Assembly (NCBI GenBank): GCA_963718605.1
Contig: OY970363.1
Span: forward strand, 3,011,239-3,075,238
Reading direction: 5' to 3'
Length of the DNA: 64,000 nt
Origin: an uncultured Actinomycetes bacterium
Lineage (GTDB): Bacteria > Actinomycetota > Acidimicrobiia > Acidimicrobiales > JACCXE01
Shown here: positions 8,645 through 18,118 of the stretch, piece by piece
Layout: every line of letters starts with the position of its first letter
Numbering within the stretch: position 1 is the stretch's first letter
Notes under the pieces: model-generated
Databases searched by the model: none
What the model was told of the DNA's origin: nothing
Seen by the model: the letters and a program-made list of their open reading frames with translations, nothing else
Program-made: the position numbers and the translations under genes

Positions 8645-9082
8645 ATGGCACTCAAAATGGACAACGTCGGCATCGTTGTCGAGGACCTCGTAGGGGCGAT
8701 CCAGTTCTTTCTCGAACTCGGCCTCGAGCTCGAAGGCCAAGGCTTGGTCGAAGGCGCGTGGGCAGGGCTCGTCACCGGCCTCGGCGACCAACGCGTCGAG
8801 ATCGCCATGATGCGGACGCCCGATGGCCACGGCCGACTCGAACTCTCGCGCTTCCTCGCTCCACCCGTGATCGCTGATCACCGGAACGCGCCGGTGAATG
8901 CTCTCGGCTATCTACGAGTGATGTTCGCCGTGGACGACATCGAGGAAACACTCGGCCGGCTAATTCGTCACGGCGCGCAGCTTGTCAGTAAGGAAGTGGT
9001 TCAGTACGAGACTTCGTACCGACTCTGCTACGTCCGCGGGCCCGAAGGCATTCTCATCGGGATCGCCCAAGAACTCAGCTGA
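8645..9082 (+). CDS. VOC (glyoxalase/bleomycin-resistance/dioxygenase) family protein
   Basis: MDNVGIVVEDLVGAIQFFLELGLELEG...FAVDDIEETLGRLIRHGAQLV...VRGPEGILIGIAQEL. Confidence 0.75.
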   Translation: MALKMDNVGIVVEDLVGAIQFFLELGLELEGQGLVEGAWAGLVTGLGDQRVEIAMMRTPDGHGRLELSRFLAPPVIADHRNAPVNALGYLRVMFAVDDIEETLGRLIRHGAQLVSKEVVQYETSYRLCYVRGPEGILIGIAQELS

Positions 9083-9216
9083 GTCCTATCTCCGCGCGGT
9101 CACCGACCCACTGCGGGTGTGTCCCGAAGTGCCGGACGATGTCGACCTATCGCGAGCGACGTGGGTCCGGATTCGTCGGCGACGGGCCCCTCGCAGAGAG
9201 CGGCAGCGCGGTCCGT

Positions 9217-9603
9217 TTACGAGGCGTTGAGACGCAGTGTGATGCGACCCGCGGGGTCGGCGACGAGTTCGCCGTCTCCGGTTGCTTCCTTTAGTTCGTC
9301 GGTGCCCGACACGACGGTGAGCGTAGCTTTGGCGACGCCGTCCGCAAAGGTCCCGACGTGTTGAAGCACGAGGGTGCCGTGTTTGCCGTCGATGGTGCCT
9401 TTGATGCGCTCGAGGCCGACGAAGTCTGCGGACTTGTCCGGGTGGTAGGCCATCAGCCATTCGGTGGCCGAAGTGCCTTCAACATCACCTGAATATTCCT
9501 TCGCGACCGTCGCGCGCGTCAGTTTCGCGACACCTACGGCCTCGTCGAACGGGTTCTCGTCCCAGTCTTTGATCTCGAAGGTTGCGCTTATCTCAGAACT
9601 CAC
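9217..9603 (-). CDS. DUF3224-like protein
   Basis: FEIKDWDENPFDE...AKLTRATVAKEYSGDVEGTSATEWLMAY...GTLVLQHVGTF. GTG start with GGGAG upstream. Divergent from the MarR gene. Confidence 0.6.
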   Translation of the reverse strand: MSSEISATFEIKDWDENPFDEAVGVAKLTRATVAKEYSGDVEGTSATEWLMAYHPDKSADFVGLERIKGTIDGKHGTLVLQHVGTFADGVAKATLTVVSGTDELKEATGDGELVADPAGRITLRLNAS

Positions 9604-9623
9604 TGATCTCTCCCTCAGTCAAT

Positions 9624-9640
9624 ATATGACTTAGTCATAT
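9624..9640. promoter_or_regulatory. perfect 17-bp palindrome ATATGACT-T-AGTCATAT, candidate MarR operator
   Basis: It lies in the AT-rich 90-nt divergent intergenic region between the DUF3224 and MarR genes. Confidence 0.5.
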
Positions 9641-9693
9641 TAACCGAAGCCGGATCGGTTACCGCGCGGGAATCAGAAACGTACGCTTGAAGT

Positions 9694-10287
9694 GTGAGTG
9701 AGTCACGCGACGAACGCGTCGTCAACCTGCTTGGGGCGCTGGCGCTGGCCGTCACCGATCGGACCAGTGACGCGACGGAGGCGGTGAGCGGGATGACTGG
9801 TGTGGCCGCGACCGGGCTCATCGCGCTCCAGCAGTTCCTGGGGGGTCGGTCGACGGAGGACCTGGCCCAGGCGACGGGACTAACGCATTCGGGCGCCGTC
9901 CGGCTTGTCGACCGTCTCGCAAACGCGGGTTACGTCGAACGCCGCGCGGGCCGTGACGGCCGCTCGTCGTCGATCGTACTGACCGCGTCCGGGCGGGCGA
10001 TGAGCCGCCGAATCACGAAGGCGCGGGCGGCGGCCATTGCCCCGGCGCTCGAGGACCTCGGGGGTGATGATCGGCGGGCCCTCGGCGATCTAATCGAGCA
10101 GATGCTGACCACGGTCACTCGGCAACGCCTCGCCGCCCGCGTAGATAGCGACCACAGTTCGGCGTGGCTGTGCCGGATGTGCGATTTCGCGGCCTGCGGC
10201 CGCAGTCTTGGGGACTGCCCGGCAGCTAACGCCGCTGTGGAACACCACGACCTGTCCCGACCCCCCGAGACGGGCCCGGCGCGCTGA
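9694..10287 (+). CDS. MarR family transcriptional regulator with Cys-rich C-terminal tail
   Basis: LAQATGLTHSGAVRLVDRLANAGYVERRAGRDGRSSSIVLTASG (winged HTH). The tail is CRMCDFAACGRSLGDCP. Confidence 0.8.
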   Translation: MSESRDERVVNLLGALALAVTDRTSDATEAVSGMTGVAATGLIALQQFLGGRSTEDLAQATGLTHSGAVRLVDRLANAGYVERRAGRDGRSSSIVLTASGRAMSRRITKARAAAIAPALEDLGGDDRRALGDLIEQMLTTVTRQRLAARVDSDHSSAWLCRMCDFAACGRSLGDCPAANAAVEHHDLSRPPETGPAR

Positions 10288-10377
10288 GCGGGTCTGTCAG
10301 GCGGCGCCGATGTCCTCAGACACGTGCGCATGATGCCGGAATCTTCCGGGCAGTCGCCGAAGTGCCGCTTGCAGTCG

Positions 10378-11289
10378 TTAGCCGCCAGCGACGAAGGCGA
10401 CGACTACGTACGCGGCGTGCCGGTCGAAGTTCTCGCGGCGCCGGTCGTAGATGGTCGTTGTCCTCGGGTCCGCGTGTCGCGCGGCGAGTTGCACATCACG
10501 CAGCGGTACGCCCGCGTCTAGCGCGGCCATGATGAACGCGGATCGAAGCATGTGGGGATGAACCGCGCCTAGGCCGGCCCGCTTTCCGATTGACCGCACC
10601 CAGCGGTGTGCGGTCCGACGATCGAGGCGTTCCCCATCGCGGCGGCACAGGATCGGACCCTCGCTTCGTTCGCCGACAGCCAGGTCGACGGTTCGCGCTG
10701 TACGCGGGACGAGCGGGATGGTGGCGGGCTTGTTGCCCTTTCCGAGGATGCGCAGCGTGCGGTGGCCGCGTTCAATAGCGAGGTCCTCGACATTTGTGCC
10801 GCACGCTTCGCTCACTCGCAGTCCGTTCAAGCCGAGGAGCACGGCCAGGGCTGCGTGGGCGCGGTCGTACTGCTCGGCGGTGAACAAGAACACGCCAAGC
10901 TCGGAGCGGTCGAGTCCTCGTCCGGTCGACGGGTGCACCTGCGGCCGGCGGACGTACTGGGCGGGGTTCGAGGCGATGCGTCCGTCGATGTGGGCGAAGC
11001 GGTAGAAGCCGCACACCGTCGAGAGTCGACGGTCGATCGTCGACGCCGCCAGTCCTCGCTCTTCCATCCAGCTTCGGTACAACTCGATGTGAGGCCGCGT
11101 CGCCGCGAGTACCGCGAGGTTCTTGTCGGCCGCCCACTGAAAGAAGCCACGGAGATCGTGGCGGTACGCGTCCAACGTCCGGCCGCTGTACCGGGCCAGA
11201 AATGCAACAGCGGCCAGCTGCGCATCGTCGATGACAAAGTCGTCCCCAGGTATCTCGACCGTCGCAGCTGACGTCTCGATGATGGTCAT
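10378..11289 (-). CDS. tyrosine-type site-specific recombinase/integrase (XerC/D-like)
   Basis: GLRVSEACG...LGKGNK...HPHMLRSAFIMAAL...ARHADPRTTTIYDRR (R..K..HxxR..H..Y catalytic pattern). Likely start is ATG 11289 (MTIIETS) behind AGGAGG. Confidence 0.85.
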   Translation of the reverse strand: MTIIETSAATVEIPGDDFVIDDAQLAAVAFLARYSGRTLDAYRHDLRGFFQWAADKNLAVLAATRPHIELYRSWMEERGLAASTIDRRLSTVCGFYRFAHIDGRIASNPAQYVRRPQVHPSTGRGLDRSELGVFLFTAEQYDRAHAALAVLLGLNGLRVSEACGTNVEDLAIERGHRTLRILGKGNKPATIPLVPRTARTVDLAVGERSEGPILCRRDGERLDRRTAHRWVRSIGKRAGLGAVHPHMLRSAFIMAALDAGVPLRDVQLAARHADPRTTTIYDRRRENFDRHAAYVVVAFVAGG

Positions 11290-11374
11290 AGCTATTCCTC
11301 CTCTTGTCGGGAGAACTAGCCAACTCGGCTCGCGCAACCGGCGGTATAGGGCGGTGCTTTGAGAAGCTCGGTCC

Positions 11375-11767
11375 ATGGATGTGATGTCGACGCTCGAGCG
11401 GCCGATCGACGGCGCGGCGGTCGTGCGCTTGTACGAGACCGTGGCCTGGTGGCCGACCCGATCGGCCGATGAAGTTTTGGCGGTCCTTGCACGGGGACCC
11501 GCCGTGGGAGCGTGGGATGGCGATGACCTCGTCGGGTTCGCCCGCGCCGTCTCCGACGGCTCGTTCCGCGCCTACGTAGAAGACGTCGTCGTTCGGGACG
11601 ATCATCGTGGCCGAGGCACAGCGCTGCGCATGTTGGAAGTGCTTCTTGCGCTCCTGTCCGACATCGACATCGTGAGCCTGTTCTGCGGAAACGAACTCGT
11701 GTCGCTGTACGAGAAGGTTGGATTCGCTTCGACGAACCAAGCAGTTATGCATCGCAATAACGCGTGA
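11375..11767 (+). CDS. GNAT family N-acetyltransferase
   Basis: VGFARAVSDGSFRAYVEDVVVRDDHRGRGTALRMLEVLL...LYEKVGF. Confidence 0.75.
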   Translation: MDVMSTLERPIDGAAVVRLYETVAWWPTRSADEVLAVLARGPAVGAWDGDDLVGFARAVSDGSFRAYVEDVVVRDDHRGRGTALRMLEVLLALLSDIDIVSLFCGNELVSLYEKVGFASTNQAVMHRNNA

Positions 11768-11942
11768 GGCCAGCCTCCTTCCCGGCGGCGACAGTGGTGC
11801 CTCGAACCTGCGGCGTGTCGCATGTTGGCCATATGTGTGCAATCTCTGAGACACATGGGCAGCTCGGCCACTGGTCCTGGAGGACGCCTGACTGAGCCTT
11901 AAGCTCGGTGGAGGCACTCATCAACGATCTGGAGGGAACGCC

Positions 11943-12773
11943 ATGTCGGTCGAGACCAGCATCGTGGAGCACTACGGCGCAGCGCACCTGCTCACCGCCA
12001 TCGAGAGGGGTGTCGAAGCCCTGGGAAAGACGACCGCCACCGTCACCGTCGACGATCTCGGGTCCGTCGACGAGTTCCACATCGGTGGCCGCGACGCAAC
12101 GAGCGCCCTCTGCGACCGTCTCCATGTGGGACCCGACGACCACGTGCTCGACGTCGGCTGCGGGATCGGAGGAACCTCTCGGCTGCTGGCATCCACCATC
12201 GGATGCCGGGTGACAGGCGTCGACCTCGTCCCCGGCTACATCGAGGTGGCCCGCAACTTGACCGACTGGACCGCTCTGAGCGACCGGGTCGCATACGAAG
12301 TCGGCAGTGTGCTCGACCTACCGTTCGGCGACGCATCGTTCGACGCGGCGACGCAGCTGCACGTCGGCATGAACATCCAACACAAAAACCATTTGTTCGC
12401 CGAAGTACGCCGCGTTTTGTCGTCCACCGGAATGTTCGGCGTGTACGACATCATGAGGACTGCCGAAGGCGACCTCACATTCCCAGTGCCGTGGGCGTCA
12501 GACGCCTCCACCAGCTTCCTGGCTGACACCAGCACCTACGAGTCGGCCCTCACTGCTGCAGGCTTCGAGATCCTCGACGTCCGCGATCGTCGCGAGTACG
12601 CGCTCCAGTTCTTCGCCGAGATCAAAAGACGGAGTGCAGACGGTGGGGGCCCGCCCCCCCTCGGGCTCCACGTGCTCATCGGCTCGGAGGCTCCCGAGAA
12701 GATCGCCCACATGATCGGCGCCATCAGCGAGGGCATCGTGGCGCCCGTCGAGATCGTCTGCCGGGCGAGGTGA
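11943..12773 (+). CDS. class I SAM-dependent methyltransferase
   Basis: Motif I VLDVGCGIGGTSRLLA, and DLPFGDASFDAATQLHVGMNI. GGAGGG lies before the ATG. Confidence 0.8.
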   Translation: MSVETSIVEHYGAAHLLTAIERGVEALGKTTATVTVDDLGSVDEFHIGGRDATSALCDRLHVGPDDHVLDVGCGIGGTSRLLASTIGCRVTGVDLVPGYIEVARNLTDWTALSDRVAYEVGSVLDLPFGDASFDAATQLHVGMNIQHKNHLFAEVRRVLSSTGMFGVYDIMRTAEGDLTFPVPWASDASTSFLADTSTYESALTAAGFEILDVRDRREYALQFFAEIKRRSADGGGPPPLGLHVLIGSEAPEKIAHMIGAISEGIVAPVEIVCRAR

Positions 12774-12916
12774 TGCTGGGGGCCGCTCGTCGAAAATCTG
12801 TGCTCGCGGTGTAACCACCGCATCCCCGAAGTGCCGGGTGGCGTCACGCAGCCGGCGTTGTGGGACGGCTCAAGTCCCTCAGCCAGAGACAGGCCGACGC
12901 GGTCTAGAAAGGCGGA

Positions 12917-13465
12917 GTGAGCATCCCGCTTGAGGCCCACAGCAGCAACTGGGGCGCGATGTTCGCCGAGGCGAGAGCGGAACTGGCCTCAACGGGAGTG
13001 TTCGACTGGATCGAGCACATCGGAAGTACGTCAGTTCCACAGCTGGTGGCAAAGCCGATCATCGACATCATGGGGGGTGTTCGGTCTGCGGTCTCCACGG
13101 ATGCGCTCGTTGCGGCGGTTCGCGAGGTCGGTTACGTCCACCGGCCTGGGGACTTCGTTGATCGCGAAACCTTTCGGCGCGATGGGCCGAGCGGCGAACG
13201 CACGCACCATCTCCACGTTGTGCCAGCGAGCGCGACTGAGCACCAGGACATCCTGTTTCGTGACCGACTACGGCGCGACGCCGATCGGCGCCTGGAGTAC
13301 GAGGTGCTGAAGCTTCGCCTAGCGACGGAACATGCCGGCGATCGTGACCGCCGCGGTTACAGCGCGGGCAAGACCGACTTCATCCAACGGGTTGTTGACG
13401 CCGAGCGTGCTGAGAGAGGGCTTCCCGTCGGGGCACCGGTCGCGATGCGCAACCCGCCTCGCTGA
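12917..13465 (+). CDS. GrpB family protein (second paralogue)
   Basis: IEHIGSTSVPQLVAKPIIDIMGGV...HHLHVVPASATEHQDILFRDRLRRD. Confidence 0.75.
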   Translation: MSIPLEAHSSNWGAMFAEARAELASTGVFDWIEHIGSTSVPQLVAKPIIDIMGGVRSAVSTDALVAAVREVGYVHRPGDFVDRETFRRDGPSGERTHHLHVVPASATEHQDILFRDRLRRDADRRLEYEVLKLRLATEHAGDRDRRGYSAGKTDFIQRVVDAERAERGLPVGAPVAMRNPPR

Positions 13466-13598
13466 CTACACAAGCCGTCGTGTGCGGAACTGCTCATGAC
13501 GAGCCTTCGATCAAACGTATTGGCCCGCCGCCCGATCGGCCGGACGTCGCGACGTAAAACGCCGGTGTCTAGGGAGATAGGACTGCGAAGCTGCCACG

Positions 13599-14546
13599 GT
13601 GACGCGCTACGGCTCGCTCGGCGATCTGTCCGATGCTCAGCTCCAAGCTGCCCTCGATCGTTTTGAGCTGGGCACGCTTCGATCGGCTGAAGCGTTCACG
13701 GACGGACTGTTCGGCAAGAACGTCGGCATCGTCACCGATACCGGACGATGGGTTCTCCGGGGTGATCCCTGGCCGGCGCACATTGACGAACAGTTCCGCC
13801 GCGAGCGGTTCTGGGCGTCGTGCGTCCGAGCAAAGTGCGACGTACCGGTGCCATGGCCGTTTCACATCGAGGCCGACGAGTCAGTCTTCGGCTGGCCGTA
13901 TCAGCTGACACCGTGGATGCCGGGCACAACCGCGTACGACCCCGATTCGACGACAGCCTTGGCAGGCGCGGCCGCCGAGTTGCGTCGCGTCACGTTCGAC
14001 TCATTCGGTTCGTGGTCAGGCGAAACTGACGCGCTCATACCGTTCAACGGGTCAGCCGCGGAGTGGTTATGCGAACGAACCTGGGTGTGGATTGACCAGG
14101 CCGCAGCTCAAGCCCGGCCGCTCGCGGCCTCGGACATCGACTGGGTTCACTCACTGCTACCTGACGATCTCGATGAGGTCGTGCCGACTTACGTTCATCA
14201 CGATCTGAAGCTCGCTAACTGCGTGTGTCGCGACGGCGAAGTGACGGGTCTATTCGATCTCGGCGAAGGGTTGATCGGTGACCCGCTGGAGGACTTGGCG
14301 CGGACGACGTGGGACCTCGCTCATCGCGATCCAGCACTCGTAACCGTGTTCCTCGGTGCGTATGAGACCGCAGCGCAGGTCCGGGTACCGCTCGACCGGC
14401 TCTGGGTCTATGTCGTCCTCGATCTCCTCGTCATCTGGGAGTTCGGCACTCGCCCCGCACAGAACTGGTTCACCGAACCAACGTTCAAATCGTGGGTCCA
14501 GGCGTTCGCGGCGCCAGCAGCGGCCGCCATCGAAACGCACGGTTGA
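13599..14546 (+). CDS. phosphotransferase (APH/choline-kinase-like) family protein
   Basis: YVHHDLKLANCVCRDGEVTGLFDLGEGLIGDPLEDL (HxDxxxxN...D catalytic and Mg loops). Confidence 0.75.
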   Translation: MTRYGSLGDLSDAQLQAALDRFELGTLRSAEAFTDGLFGKNVGIVTDTGRWVLRGDPWPAHIDEQFRRERFWASCVRAKCDVPVPWPFHIEADESVFGWPYQLTPWMPGTTAYDPDSTTALAGAAAELRRVTFDSFGSWSGETDALIPFNGSAAEWLCERTWVWIDQAAAQARPLAASDIDWVHSLLPDDLDEVVPTYVHHDLKLANCVCRDGEVTGLFDLGEGLIGDPLEDLARTTWDLAHRDPALVTVFLGAYETAAQVRVPLDRLWVYVVLDLLVIWEFGTRPAQNWFTEPTFKSWVQAFAAPAAAAIETHG

Positions 14547-14668
14547 CGGACCAACATCGCTCGCAGCGCAAGGGCCGACCGTCAACTACTGGTTCGCGTT
14601 GACGTTCCCGTAGCCGGCGTTAGGGGGCGGGCGATGAATCTAGGGCTGCGACGCCGAACGGGTCGTGA

Positions 14669-16330
14669 TTATGCCCTAGCGCGACCGCCGTAGAGCCGTC
14701 GCGCCAGCGGTACTGACACCACGAGAAGCACCGCCGTCCACGCCAGCGCCTGGCCGGCAACCGGCGCCGCTTCGCCCGCGGCGAGCGAGCGCATCGTGGC
14801 GATCAGAACGTTGACGGGCTGGTTGCGGGCGAAGACCTGCAGGCCGCGTTGCATCGATTCCACCGGCACCCATGCGCCGCTCAGGTACACCATCGGGAGC
14901 GACGGCAAGAAGCCCGCGAGCTGCGCGGCCTGCGGGTCCTTTACCGCTAGACCAATGCAGGCAAACAGCCACGACGAGGCATAGCTGAACGCGAGGAGCA
15001 ACGCGAGACACGCGACTGCGTCGGCGCCTGAGCCGGCGAAGCGAAAGCCCAGCGCGTACCCGGTGCCAACCGCGACCGCGAGTCCGATCGCGTTGCGCAC
15101 GAGGTCTGCGGAGGTGCGCCCCACGAGGACCGCGGCGCGGCTCATCGGCAGGCTCCGGAAGCGATCGATGATGCCTGTCTGCATGTCGCCGGCGAGGCCC
15201 GCCGAGGTCACACCACCCGAGAACAGCTGCTGCATAACCACGACGCCGGGGAGCAGATACTGGATGTATCTCGTGCCGGTAGCGCCTTCGACGAGACCAC
15301 CGAACGCCGCGTTCAAACCCAGTACGAAGAACAGCGGTTGGAGCGCGCTGAAGAACAGGATCTGCGGCACGCGCGCGAACCGACGCAAGTAGAGGCTCGT
15401 GACCGTCGCCATGTCGCGCAATGGTCGAGGTGTTGCCGCCGTAATCGGTGCTCGCGCACCGGGTGGTTCGCCGCGCGTGACGACGATCGGTTCGGTCATC
15501 GTGGCGTCGCCCGTGAGCGCGAGGAACACATCGTCGAGGGACGGCAACGCCAGGTCCGCAACGAGGATGCCGGCGTCCGCCAATACGGCCGCGGCTTCGG
15601 CGACCACCGTGCTCTCCAGTAGTCCGCCTGAAGTCTCTGCACGAATCGCCTGTTTGAGATCGGACGGCGGCGCATCGGCGAGCAGCTCACCATGGTGGAG
15701 CACGACGATGCGATCGGCGAGTCGCTCAACCTCTTCGAGGTACTGGCTAGTCAACAAGATGGTCGTGCCGTCAGCCGCGATCTGACTTACGAGCGCCCAC
15801 AGTTCGTTGCGGCTGCGCGGGTCGAGGCCCGCGGTCGGCTCATCGAGCAAGACCACCGCAGGTCGACCGATCAGCGTGGCACCCAGGTCGAGGCGGCGCC
15901 GCATGCCGCCGGAGTACGTGCCGACGCGCCGGTCCGCCGCGTCGATGAGATCGAGGCGCGCCAAGAGTTCGTGGGCGCGCTCGCGGCACTCAGCGCGCCT
16001 TACGCCGTAGAGCGCGCCCATCAGCTCGAGGTTCTCGCGACCGGTCAAAAGCTCGTCGACTGCCGCGACCTGTCCCGCCAGACCGATGAGTTGGCGCGCG
16101 CGGCCGGCGTCGGTGGCGACATCGATCCCGCCGATGCGCACAGCACCGCGGTCGGGTTGCTGCAGCGTGGCGAGGATCCGCACGAGGGTTGTCTTCCCCG
16201 CGCCGTTCGGGCCGAGGAGCCCGACGACCTCTCCTGCCCCGGCGACGAAGGACACGCCTTTGAGAGCAGCGACGTCGCCGAACGACTTGGCAACATCATC
16301 GATTTCGATCATCCACCCAGTCATCACCAT
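14669..16330 (-). CDS. fused ABC transporter ATP-binding domain plus ABC-2 permease (DrrA/DrrB-like) in one polypeptide
   Basis: Walker A GPNGAGKTT, signature YSGGMRRRL, Walker B VVLLDEPTAGLD. With no intervening stop, this continues into a six-helix ABC-2-type membrane domain. Likely start is ATG 16330 (MVMTGWMIEIDD). Confidence 0.8.
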   Translation of the reverse strand: MVMTGWMIEIDDVAKSFGDVAALKGVSFVAGAGEVVGLLGPNGAGKTTLVRILATLQQPDRGAVRIGGIDVATDAGRARQLIGLAGQVAAVDELLTGRENLELMGALYGVRRAECRERAHELLARLDLIDAADRRVGTYSGGMRRRLDLGATLIGRPAVVLLDEPTAGLDPRSRNELWALVSQIAADGTTILLTSQYLEEVERLADRIVVLHHGELLADAPPSDLKQAIRAETSGGLLESTVVAEAAAVLADAGILVADLALPSLDDVFLALTGDATMTEPIVVTRGEPPGARAPITAATPRPLRDMATVTSLYLRRFARVPQILFFSALQPLFFVLGLNAAFGGLVEGATGTRYIQYLLPGVVVMQQLFSGGVTSAGLAGDMQTGIIDRFRSLPMSRAAVLVGRTSADLVRNAIGLAVAVGTGYALGFRFAGSGADAVACLALLLAFSYASSWLFACIGLAVKDPQAAQLAGFLPSLPMVYLSGAWVPVESMQRGLQVFARNQPVNVLIATMRSLAAGEAAPVAGQALAWTAVLLVVSVPLARRLYGGRARA

Positions 16331-16342
16331 ACGACTGTATGG
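16327..16342. promoter_or_regulatory. inverted repeat CCATAC-GACT-GTATGG, candidate TetR operator
   Basis: It sits in the 32-nt gap between the divergent ABC start (16330) and TetR start (16363), and overlaps the ABC start codon. Confidence 0.4.
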
Positions 16343-16362
16343 TTTCAATTGGAGGTTGGCAA

Positions 16363-17019
16363 ATGCCAAAGGTCGTCGACCACGAGGCGCGACGGAGAGG
16401 AATCGTCGAGGCACTGTTCCGAGTCGCTGAACGCGGCGGACTCGCCGCAGCCACCTACCGCACGATCGCCTCCGAGGCGGGTGTTCCCGCGCCGCAGGTG
16501 CAGTACTACTTCGCCACCAAGGGAGCGATGCTCGCCGCGGCAATGCAGGAGCTGGGCGTGCGCATCGTCGGCCGCGGCATGCAGCTCATAGCCGCCCTCG
16601 GGCCGGATCCGGCCTCCGCCGCCTTGCTGCGCGCCGCGATCGAGGGAGCACACCCGGGCGACCAAGAACGCCGGCGTGACCTTGTGCTCTTCTACCAATT
16701 CCTGGTTGCCGGCCTCGCCGACGATGCACTCGGCGAGAGCGGTATTGCCGCGGGGCAGGGCCTCATCATCGATTCGTTCGCCGACATCATTCGCACGGCG
16801 CAACAGCGCGGTGAGGTTGACCCTGGCCGCGACCCGGTGCACGAAGCCCGGCTTGTCCTCTTCGGAAACACTGGGCTGGTCCTCGCCGCACTGCTCGGCA
16901 TTCACTCAGTCGACGATGCCAAGGCCGCGATCGACTACCACCTCGACAAATTGTTCGCGCCTGCGCGTGCTCGGCGCGGCGCCGCCAGCCCTCGGGGAAC
17001 CGGTCGTCGACGGCGATGA
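16363..17019 (+). CDS. TetR/AcrR family transcriptional regulator
   Basis: ATYRTIASEAGVPAPQVQYYFATKGAML. ATG 16363 is preceded by GGAGG. Confidence 0.8.
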   Translation: MPKVVDHEARRRGIVEALFRVAERGGLAAATYRTIASEAGVPAPQVQYYFATKGAMLAAAMQELGVRIVGRGMQLIAALGPDPASAALLRAAIEGAHPGDQERRRDLVLFYQFLVAGLADDALGESGIAAGQGLIIDSFADIIRTAQQRGEVDPGRDPVHEARLVLFGNTGLVLAALLGIHSVDDAKAAIDYHLDKLFAPARARRGAASPRGTGRRRR

Positions 17020-17199
17020 TGCGCCATCTCTTCCCGGCAGGCCGCGGACGAGGGTTTCAACGAGAACTTGTGGACTCTTGGCTCGGCAGCGAAATACCGA
17101 GCCGGGTCGGCGATGCCAACCGCTCGCGACCGACCCGGCGATCTGGGGCAGTCGTTTATTGAATCGACCGCTTGCACGGAACCAGCTAGATCTCCTTGG

Positions 17200-17955
17200 G
17201 TGACGGAGAAGGCTGGGTTACTCGACTTCATCGCGTCGTCGCGCGCGGCGGATAACTCGTGGAGTGAGGCGTCGCGCGTCTCGGTTCGCCGCAAGTACAT
17301 GTGTGTGGCGGTGCCAAAGGTTGCGTGCAGCACCCTGAAGTTCGCCGTTCACACCTTTGAGGATCCGAGCAATGAGATCGAGTGGTGGCAGACCCACGCG
17401 GAATGGCCGGGTTGGCGCGCGCTGGATCAGCCAGACGAGGTCGTGCTCGAGATCCTGTCGTCGCAGGAGTGGTTCAGGTTCTGCTTCGTTCGTAACCCGT
17501 ACTACCGGGTCATATCGGCGTGGAAGTCGAAGGTCGTCTCGGACGGTGACACGGCATACGCCTGGCTTCGCGATGCGATGCGCTAGGCGCTCAACTGTCC
17601 CGCCGACGTCCCTGAGCCCATCGGCTTTCGTGACGCATTCGACTACGTGACAGGCGAGGATTACGTCGTCGGCCGCGACTGGCACTGGAGGCCGCAGTGC
17701 GACCTGCTTCATCCCGAAGAAATCGCTTATGACGTCATCGGTCGTTTCGAGAACTTCGCTGACGATTTCCGTCGCATTTTCGGGAGCCTCGGCGCACCGC
17801 CGGAGGTGCTTGCCATGGCCGACATCCGATACAACGCCACCTCCGACACCGCGTTGCGCGACTTCTACGACGCGGATCTCGCCGAACGCGTCTACGCGGT
17901 CTACGAACGCGACTTTGAAGCTTTTGGTTACGACCGCGACTCGTGGCGCCACTGA
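17200..17955 (+). pseudogene. sulfotransferase family 2-like gene interrupted by one in-frame TAG (17584-17586)
   Basis: VPKVACSTLKF, FVRNPYYRVISAWKSK, then a stop, then WHWRPQ and IGRFENFADDF, all in the same frame (ORFs 17068-17586 and 17647-17955 are both frame 1). The start is uncertain (GTG 17200 or upstream). Confidence 0.65.
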
Positions 17956-18118
17956 ACACGCGTGTCGAGGAGCCGAAGACAAGACCCCTGGCTCGGCCGC
18001 GAGCCGAACATGTGGGCCGCCGCGATCCGGGGTTTGGGGCGGGTTGGCTCCACGTGCGTCCGATGAGGCACGGCAAGCGTGGGGTCTGTTTACTCCTTGT
18101 GAGTACGTTGAAGCCGAC

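Noticed and set aside
10772-11917. 381-aa minus-strand ORF, and the many 60-300-aa ORFs overlapping the large genes (for example 1625-2464, 20345-21262, 44952-45998, 46089-48056, 48306-49175, 50655-52271)
   Set aside because: They are out-of-frame or antisense to genes with clear family motifs. Their Arg/Pro/Gly/Ala-dominated composition is typical of high-GC shadow frames.
16331-16543. N-terminal extension of the ABC transporter ORF
   Set aside because: It is Arg-rich sequence running antisense through the TetR gene start. The ATPase homology begins at MIEIDDV, just after ATG 16330.
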